DNA of 64,000 nucleotides from Octopus sinensis (Eukaryota): positions 130,820,001 to 130,884,000 of the forward strand of contig NC_043001.1 in the NCBI RefSeq assembly GCF_006345805.1, in the 5' to 3' direction. This document shows, one piece after another, positions 54,575-64,000 of this stretch. Position 1 is the first letter of the stretch. Each line of letters opens with the position of its first letter. Under the pieces are notes generated by a model that was given only the letters and a program-made list of their open reading frames with translations, had not been told where the DNA came from and searched no databases. The position numbers and the translations under genes were made by a program.

Positions 54575-56750
54575 TACTGACCCTAAAGGATGAAAGGCAA
54601 AGTCGACCTCAAGAGAATTTGAACTCAGAATGTAAAGACAGCTAAGCATTTTACCCAGCATTCTAATGATTCAGCCATCTCACCCCACCTTTGCATGTTA
54701 TATAAAAATATTAACACAAAAATATCTATTTTCAAAATGTGCATTTTATCTTTCTGTTGTGAAACATGGATATTATATATATATAACATGTTAAACGGTG
54801 AGTGTTCTTCAGCAAAAGTGCCTTCAATAAATTTTGTATATATTTTGGAGACATTGAGAGTGCTGTTAAGGTGAGGTGAGCAGAGCAGGTGTTGGATGGA
54901 AGCACTCCGTCGGTTACGACGATGAGGGTTCCGGTTGATCCGAATCAACGGAACAGCCTGCTCGTGAAATTAACGTGTAAGTGGCTGAGCACTCCACAGA
55001 CACGTGCACCTTAACGTAGTTCTCGGGGATATTCAGCGTGACACAGAGAGTGACAAGGCTGGCCCTTTGAAATACAGGTACAACAGAAACAGGAAGTAAG
55101 AGTGAGAGAAAGTTGTGGTGAAAGAGTACAGCAGGGATCACCACCATCCCCTGCCAGAGCCTCGTGGAGCTTTTAGGTGTTTTCGCTCAATAAACACTCA
55201 CAACGCCCGGTCTGGGAATCGAAACCGCGATCCTATGACCGCGAGTCCGCTGCCCTAACCACTGGGCCATTGCGCCTCCACTACTGACCCTAAAGGATGA
55301 AAGGCAAAGTCGACCTCAAGAGAATTTGAACTCAGAATGTAAAGACTGATGGCAAAGAATGTAAAGACAGCTAAGCATTTTACCCAGCATTCTAATGATT
55401 CAGCCAGCTCCCCCCCCTTGAATGTTATATAAAAATATTAACACAAAAATATCTATTTTCAAAATGTGCATTTTATCTTTCTGTTGTGAAACATGGATAT
55501 TATATATATATAACATGTTAAACGGTGAGTGTTCTTCAGCAAAAGTGCCTTCAATAAATTTTGTATATATTTTGGAGACATTGAGAGTGCTGTTAAGGTG
55601 AGGTGAGCAGAGCAGGTGTTGGATGGAAGCACTCCGTCGGTTACGACGATGAGGGTTCCGGTTGATCCGAATCAACGGAACAGCCTGCTCGTGAAATTAA
55701 CGTGTAAGTGGCTGAGCACTCCACAGACACGTGCACCCTTAACGTAGTTCTCGGGGATATTCAGCGTGACACAGAGAGTGACAAGGCTGGCCCTTTGAAA
55801 TACAGGTACAACAGAAACAGGAAGTAAGAGTGAGAGAAAGTTGTGGTGAAAGAGTACAGCAGGGATCACCACCATCCCCTGCCAGAGCCTCGTGGAGCTT
55901 TTAGGTGTTTTCGCTCAATAAACACTCACAACGCCCGGTCTGGGAATCGAAACCGCGATCCTATGACCGCGAGTCCGCTGCCCTAACCACTGGGCCATTG
56001 CGCCTCCACTACTGACCCTAAAGGATGAAAGGCAAAGTCGACCTCAAGAGAATTTGAACTCAGAATGTAAAGACTGATGGCAAAGAATGTAAAGACAGCT
56101 AAGCATTTTACCCAGCATTCTAATGATTCAGCCAGCTCCCCCCCCTTGAATGTTATATAAAAATATTAACACAAAAATATCTATTTTCAAAATTTGCATT
56201 TTATCTTTCTGTTGTGAAACATGGATATTATATATATATAACATGTTAAACAGTGAGTGTTCCTCAGCAAAAGTGCCTTCAATAAATTTTAAAGCACTAT
56301 ACGTAAAAAGCACTTTATACGTAAAAAGCACTATACGTAAAAAGCACTATCTGAATCGTGGCTGATGCCAGCGCCGCCTCGACTGGCTTCCGTGTCGGTG
56401 GCACATAAAAAGCACCATCCGAATCGTGGCCGAAGCCAGTGCCTCCTCAACTGGCTTCCATGCAGGTGGCACGTAAAATGCACCAATCCGACCGTGGCCG
56501 ATGCCAGCCACGCCTGGCACCAGTGCAGGTGGCATGTAAAAAGCACCCACTACACTTGGCATTAGGAAGGGCATCCAGCTGTAGAAACATCGCCAGATAA
56601 GACCGGAGCCTGGTGCAGCCTTCTGGCTTCCCAGATCCCTGGTCGAACCGTCCAACCCATGCTAGCATGGAGAACAGACGTTAAATGATGATGATGATTT
56701 TAAAGACAATGAGAGTGCTGTTAAGGTGAGGTGAGCAGAACAGGTGTTAT
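54575..56750. repeat. Local tandem duplication X-SINE C-X-SINE C-X (period about 710-730 bp)
   Basis: TACTGACCCTAAAGGATG starts at 54575, 55282 and 56010. Minus-strand SINE C copies lie at 54894-55281 and 55621-56009. Confidence 0.92.
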
Positions 56751-56977
56751 GGTGCATACAAAAGATGAAAATATTCTCCAGGCATCTACTGCACAGAGAA
56801 ATATGTTCTGGGAAGTGAGGCACTGTAGAAACCAAAGTTAAGATGCAAAGACTATCTAGAATCTAATCTGAAAAAAATGCAATATTCATGAGTGGAATTG
56901 GAAATAATTGCAGCTGACATAATATCATGGTGAAAAGCATCCAGTGTCCCCATACGTTTTGAAGTGAATCACATAAA

Positions 56978-57687
56978 CCCTTTTACACTTAAACTGGCAA
57001 TAAGTGACCCAAATATTCTATCTGTTTTATGTTCAAACCAGTCATATCCAGCTTCTCACACCTACCCTACTATGTCATTTCAATAATAACACTGTGTAAC
57101 AATTTTTTTTTTGCCTTCAGTCGGTAATCGTTATTTCCTATTTGCTTCTATCTAGAAATCAAAAGAAAACTACTAATCACTTCAAACTTTGCTTTTCTGA
57201 CCTGGACATCAATGTGTTGAAACTGACCCATTTTCCATTACATTTCAGACAGACTCAGTACTGAGTTGCTGAAGCAGAAATACTGTTATAGCAAATATTC
57301 TGCTCAATACCACAGATTCGCTTTATCACTTGCTTGACCTAATCACTTGAGCATGTCCCTTAGTGGCTGACAAAAAGTATAGCTCTGATCATGAGCAGGA
57401 GTTGTGGGTGGGGTGGGGGCATTATAGCCATATGTTGAGAGGGATTCTTTGGGGTGTGAATAAATGTAACAAAAGCAAAATTTGAAGGAGATATTAGTCA
57501 TTTTTCATACATTCTAGGAGTAAGCAAATAGGAAATAACAGTTGCTGCCCAAGGACAGAAATCATGTTACACAGCGTAATCAATCATATCATCAAAACCT
57601 CAAAGTTTCAAGATAATACAGAATTTTTTCAAACCAATGTGAATAAATAAGCATTACATTTGACAGAATAATCTGAATGTTAAAGGG
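56978..57687 (+). mobile_element. piggyBac-type MITE containing a nested Tc1/mariner-type MITE (57090-57576)
   Basis: The outer element matches the 26808 family and ends AAAGGG-TTAA. The inner element matches the 23176 family. Confidence 0.75.
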
Positions 57688-57840
57688 TTAAACACATAAA
57701 ATCGCTGCCAGATGAAAGGAAAGGAAACCTCTTCTTAGCAATAATCTCATCAAATAGTAATTTGTAACTCAGTTCGTCTGTATGAGGTGGATTTTCTGAG
57801 CCAGTCAAGAGAGCATAAACTAAAGTAAACTAATAATAAA

Positions 57841-58239
57841 TCTTTATATATAAAAGTGAAGTTGTGTGTCTGTCTCCTACGATTTAGATCCCTAACTACT
57901 CCCACATTTTGCGGTGCAGTTTAACCAAAACTGGGTATCTTATAGTCGGGATTCATATCAAGCCCTTCCAGGTGTTAGCTCACATCTACGATGAGTCTAC
58001 GATTTAAAAAAAAATTTACCACAATTTTTTTCCATTTTAATGCATTTTTTTCGCTATTATATAAGGGAAGTAACTCTCTAAAAATGTCTACGATGAGTCA
58101 ACGATTTTAAAAAAAATTTACCATAATTTTTTTTTCCATTTTTAATGCATTTTTTGCTATTTTTTGGCTATAACTCTCTAAAAATGCTTATATAGTTATT
58201 TCCCTTACAAACCCGAGCAACGCCAGGCGATACTGCTAG
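57841..58239 (+). mobile_element. Non-autonomous Helitron
   Basis: 5' end A|TCTTTATATATAAAAG, 3' hairpin CCCGAGCAACGCCAGG about 10 nt before CTAG|T, and an internal tandem duplication of about 100 bp. Confidence 0.85.
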
Positions 58240-59521
58240 TAACTAATAATAAATCTTCCAGAGCACGTAAAAGAATCCATGTCCCCACCTTATGCAATAA
58301 CCGTTTTCTTTTCGTTGGTGATCTGAAGAGACACATGTCTGTACAGAATGTCAAATGACATGATTCTGCTTTGAATTTAACTGAGAAGAGATATTTCTGT
58401 AATGACTATCATAAAAACTGCAGGAAAATCAATTGGGCTAAAGGAAGTCATCAGCAAGTATTTTGGGTATCTGTTTTGAAGCAGATGCTCTCTTGTTTTT
58501 TCAAGGACTTGAATTGCATTGATCATCACTCACTGAACTGCTCTGATGAGGAATATATTGTATATGCAGGATATAAACAAACTTTACGGCTGCATCAGTT
58601 GAGAAGACATCTGAACAATGTGAAGACAAGTGGACACACACACACACACACACATCGCAGCATCATTTGATATCTGTTTTCCATGCAAGCGGTTTGATAG
58701 GATCTGGTGAACCACAAAGCTGTGTGCATATGCACAAACATTCATGTGTATGTGTGTGTGCGTGTGTATATATGCATATGTATATATAAAATTAATCAAA
58801 GGACATAGTATCTGGTAAAGTACAGAACAAAAGAATTTTTACTTAAAATATTGCAGCTACAGATAAAATTTCAAATAAAATATTTAAATTTAGAAAATAT
58901 TAGCTTTTATTGAAACCAAAAATTTTATTATGGGTTATTACTTCTATTTGTTATTACTTGTTACTTCTATTAAAGATAAAAAAATAACTCAAAATATTTT
59001 TTGCACTTTAAAAAGAATTCATCTTTTAAAATTATTAATTAATAATTAGAAATTTGAAAATAGGTTATAAAAAATATAAGAAGTACATAATTAGTAATTA
59101 CAGTAAAATCTACCTATAACAACAAATTCACAGTAAAATTTGCTTGAGTTATTACCTAAGTTATTACCAAGTTTTCACATTTTTAGTTTTGACACAATGC
59201 CTATTTTTACATAATGAATTTGCCTACCATATATACTATACTACTTCGCATAGAACTTTAGCTATATTGGTACTTCTGGCTCTCATTTTATAAGTGTTCT
59301 AGTGTGTCAATATTCTAGTAAAATGATGGTGCCTTTTTAATTATAATGTTACTTTGTAAATTAAAATCAAATAATTTTTGATATTCAAATTTTATCCTTA
59401 GCTGCAATATTTTAATTAAAAATGTTCTTTTTCTATACTTTCTCAGATGTAATAACTTATATGAACTTTTCCAATAATAACTTGTCCTGTACTTTTCCAT
59501 ATATATATATATAACATATAT

Positions 59522-59578
<57 letters not shown>

Positions 59579-59946
59579 CATATATATATATATATATACT
59601 CTTTTACTGTCTTTAGTTGAAGAATTGACCACAAGACTTATTCTTTGTAAGCCTAGTACTTATTCTACTGGTTTCTTTTGCCAAACTGTTAAGTTTCAGG
59701 GACATAAACAGACCAACATTGGTTGTCAAGTGATGGTGGGTGGACAAACACATACACAAAGACACACACACATAAATATATATATATATAAATAAATGAC
59801 GGGCTTCTTTCAGTTTCCGTCTACCAAATCCACTCACAAGGCTTTGGTTGGCCTGAGGCTATAGTAGAAAACACTTGCCCAAGGTGCAACACGGTGGGAC
59901 TGAACTCGGAACCATGTGTTTGGGAAACAAGCTTCTTACCACACAG

Positions 59947-59995
<49 letters not shown>

Positions 59996-60655
59996 ATATA
60001 TTTTGGTACAAGGCCAGCAATTCCAGGGAAACGAATAAGTTGATTGCATCAACTGCAGAGTTCACCTAGTACTTATTTTACTGACCCTGAAAGGATGAAA
60101 GACCAAGTCAGCCTTGGTGGAATTTGAACTCAGGACATGAAGACAGACAAAATGCAGCTAAGAATTTTCTCTGGCATGCTAACAACTCAGCCAGCCCACC
60201 ACCTTTGATTGATATATATATATATATTATATATATATATATGTATATATATTATATCATTATATATATATTTACATGAATATGTGATACATTTATTTTA
60301 TAATGCATAACATGATATGCATTATATAACAAGCAAGACACATTGAGAAAATGTCTTCAGTTATAGCTTTGGACCAAGCAAAGCCTTGTGAGTGAATATG
60401 GTAGGCAGAAGTTCCTTTGTATGTATTTGTATGGAAGTGCTTATGCCTCTTTTGATAGGTAGGATTTCATGATACATACTACTTTATACTTTATATATAT
60501 ACTGTATATATATATACTTTATATATATATATATCAATCATCAAAGTTCTGGTGTGAATTCTTTTCTGCCATTCATTGGTCTTACGATTGTTTTTTTTCC
60601 TCTTCTTCCTTCCTCTTTTATTCAGCATAATTCTCAACCACCACACACACACACA

Positions 60656-60693
<38 letters not shown>

Positions 60694-61018
60694 ACACACA
60701 CACAAAAACACTTATGCATAACCACCTCTTCCCACTATGCCTACATATATGAGCTTATATATGTACATATATTTTTGTGTGTGTATATACACATGTGTTG
60801 GTGTGTGTATATATATATATATATATAAACTTGTGTATATATGTCGCTCTCTCTATGTATACAATATGTATCCACACTTATACATATGTATATATATATA
60901 TATATATATACACATACATATATATATATATATATATGTGTCTGTGTGTGTGTATGTATATGTATGTATGTGCGTGTGTGTGTGTAAATATATATGTATA
61001 TGTATGTGTATATATGTA

Positions 61019-61050
<32 letters not shown>

Positions 61051-61688
61051 CACCCATACACACACAATATATTCTTCTAGTGTTGTCTCTCATCTTTTGG
61101 ACAAGTCCCTGTCCTAGCTTTGTTCTGTTTCAACTTGAATCTTCCTCTGGCTTCCCATTTCAAAAACAATAACTGCAAAAACACAACTAACAACTAACAA
61201 CAACAACATCAACAAACCACAACAACAGCAACAACAACAAACACAACACAGTTGCATTCCTCTGTCTTTTGTCACATTATCAGGGGTTTGATCTCTCAAA
61301 GCAGCAGAGATGCAGCTACAGCCATGGAATACAAGACGTGAAGCCAAAGACAAGATTGTTGTAATTATGAGTATGTACAGCAGATTTCTGTGAGGCTAAG
61401 ATATCTACTAGGGCCAAACATGCATGACATTGGATGCTTGGCTATTGTATCAGATGCTGTCTTCGGAAACAAGCTGTCATTCATTTATACATATCTGTTA
61501 CTTACACAAAGCTGCAACACACACATACTCTCTCTCTTTCTCACTCTCTCTCTCTCTCTCTCTCGCACTCTCTCTCTCTCAGACACACAGGTACATACGC
61601 ACATGCACTCGTTCACATATACTTGTGTATATATGTCGCTCTCTCTCTATGAATATAATATATATGCACACTTATACATATGTATGTG

Positions 61689-61725
<37 letters not shown>

Positions 61726-61875
61726 CATACATATATACATATACTCATATATAGATATATACATAAATACATATATATACATATACACATATATAGATAT
61801 ATACATACATACATATGTATGTGTATATATATATACATATATATATATTATATATATATATATACATATATATAC

Positions 61876-61923
<48 letters not shown>

Positions 61924-62071
61924 GTATACATACATATACACATATACATATATATATACATATACATACATATACATATATACATATATATACATATACA
62001 TATATACATATATATGTATATATATATATATATATATACATACACATATATATATCTATACATATGTATAC

Positions 62072-62110
<39 letters not shown>

Positions 62111-62492
62111 AATGTAATGTACACATATTTGAATACAAATACATTATCGTGGTAAATATTTATGCGAGTATTTGAATATATATATACAAAAACTCATATA
62201 AATATGATATGAATATATCTGTATTGAAATATGTATCTATTTAAACACTTAATACACTCAGATTTAAGCACATGTAACAACTTAGATAAACATATATTGT
62301 GTATACCCGTATGTATATTAAGAAATACATTTACATAACTACTAATATATGTTTGAATATGTACATGATATGTATGTGTATCTGATAACCTGAGTTTCTA
62401 GGTTTAGAAAAATCACATGGTCTTTGTATGTTCAGATTTATGAAAAGTATGGGTTACTTAAATTCTCGTAGATGTAGGTCTGTTAGCTAGAG

Positions 62493-63445
62493 AAATGCAT
62501 CCCCTTCTATAACGATGACCTAGCAAACAATGGCTTCAAAGATAGGTTATATTACAACTCTTCAATTAAAAATACAAAACCTAAAAACAAGCCAAGAAAA
62601 ATAAAATGGTTCACTCCACTGCCACCACCATGAAATTCCTAGCTCTTTTAGATAAGCATTTCCTTTTAAACCATAAATACAGGAAGATTTTTAATAGACA
62701 CTTGATAAAAATATCATACAGCTGCTACATCAATATGAAGAACAGTGTCACTTGTAAGCTGTACCAAGAGTCTACCCTTGGGTGTAACTGTCATGACCCT
62801 GAAGCTTGCCCACTTGACCAGGCATGTATGATAAACTCTATCATCTACGAAGCAGATTTCACAGAAATGCTTCAAGGCAACAAATTTGAAAAGAAAAATT
62901 ACATTGGTTTATGTGAAGGCAATTTTAAAAGACATAAGCACCATCCGTTCGTGGTCGTTTGCCAGCTCTGTCTGGCACCTGTGCGGGTGGCACGTAAAAA
63001 GCACCCACTACACTCACGGAGTGGTTGGCATTAGGAAGGGCATCCAGCCGTAGAAACACTGCCAGATCTGACTGGGCCTGATGAAGCCTTCCGGCTTCAC
63101 AGACCTCAGTTGAACCGTCCAACCCATGCTAGCATGGAAAACGGACGCTAAATGATGATGATGATGATGTTGCAAACCACCATTTTTTTTTCCAGCACAT
63201 CAAAAACATTAAAGCCTCTAAGATACTTAGCCACATACAGGATTTGTAGATCAACTGCATATTACATATAATCAAGTGGAGATTCATGGAGAAATAATTT
63301 ATGCCATATGTAAATTGATCAAAGAGATGTAACTTATGCGTAACTTAAAGAATGCGATTCTTTTTAGATTCAAGAATTCCATCACACTACTTAATTCCAG
63401 TTCTAAAATTTTCAGCAAATACAAGCATATACACAAATTTCTTTA
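62493..63445 (+). mobile_element. Decayed Penelope-like element (RT-EN linker and GIY-YIG endonuclease), split by a family-D insertion at 62937-63169
   Basis: PFYNDDLANNGF...PRKIKWFTP, KFLALLDKHF...KIFNRHLIKISYSC, and CNCHDPEACPLDQACMINSIIYEA...NYIGLCEGNFKRH. After the insertion it resumes ANHHFFF, IKWRF, SKRCNLC and LLNSSSKIFSKYKH. Confidence 0.85.
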
Positions 63446-64000
63446 GACAGAAAAGAGAACACCACCCTCTCTGGATTTAATAGCTGTCTCATAGAGTTTG
63501 GACTCCTCTCTATTGGATTATTCTACTGCAGCTAATTTGATTGTGATTTCTATAGACAAAAACATAAATCTAGTTTTCTTTCTCTCCTTTCCCTTTTTTT
63601 CCATTTTCATTCACCCGTTGTCTTCCCATTCTACTTTTTGCATCAGCCTTCTTCTCATTTTTTTCTCATGGTTTCTCATGTACCAGCATCCTGATTTTCA
63701 AATAGAATAAACATGTTAGGCGCAGGAGTGGCTGTGTGGTAAGTAGCTTGCCTTCCAACCACATGGTCCCGGGTTCAGTCCCACTGCGTGGCATCATGGG
63801 CAAGTGTCTTCTACTATAGCCTCGGGTCAACCAATGCCTTGTGAGTGGATTTGGTAGACGGAAACTGAAAGAAGCCTGTCGTATATATGTATATATATAT
63901 ATGTGTGCGTGTATGTTTGTGTGACTGTGTTCGTCCCCTAGCATTGCTTGACAACCGATGCTGGTGTGTTTATGTCTCCATCACTTAGCGGTTCGGCAAA

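Noticed and set aside
61240-61375. Possible hairpin/miRNA or plus-strand exon
   Set aside because: The stem is short and bulged, all frames from the acceptor contain stops, and there is no supporting homology.
60737-62175. Long YI/HT/CV-rich ORFs
   Set aside because: Dinucleotide microsatellite translations.

Overview
AT-rich, microsatellite-saturated eukaryotic DNA. The repeat landscape points to an animal, probably a cephalopod such as Octopus (inference only). Almost all ORFs in the track are artefacts of (TA)n, (CA)n, (GAT)n and (ACC)n repeats or of SINE/LINE sequence. One host coding exon is convincing: a 154-bp minus-strand exon (29991-30144) of the planar-cell-polarity/ciliogenesis gene Fuzzy. 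Two weaker terminal-exon candidates lie at 2025-2092 (+) and 38108-38173 (-). The rest is four tRNA-derived SINE families (labelled here A, B, C, E), many 5'-truncated RTE LINE 3' ends (family D), RTE ORF relics, a decayed mariner, a decayed Penelope-like GIY-YIG element, a non-autonomous Helitron, Tc1/mariner-type and piggyBac-type MITEs, and several tandem arrays. The most unusual signal is a set of unrelated short elements sitting in (TA)n tracts. Most are long asymmetric palindromes, and they carry full or partial minimal type-I hammerhead-ribozyme motifs, probably as non-autonomous Penelope derivatives. Other oddities are a SINE that captured the unique flank of another SINE 20 kb away, a chimeric X-SINE-X-SINE-X duplication, a 107-bp higher-order array built from DR3-like motifs, and a Helitron with duplicated flanks. 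All alignments were done by eye, and family names come from recalled motifs rather than database searches.
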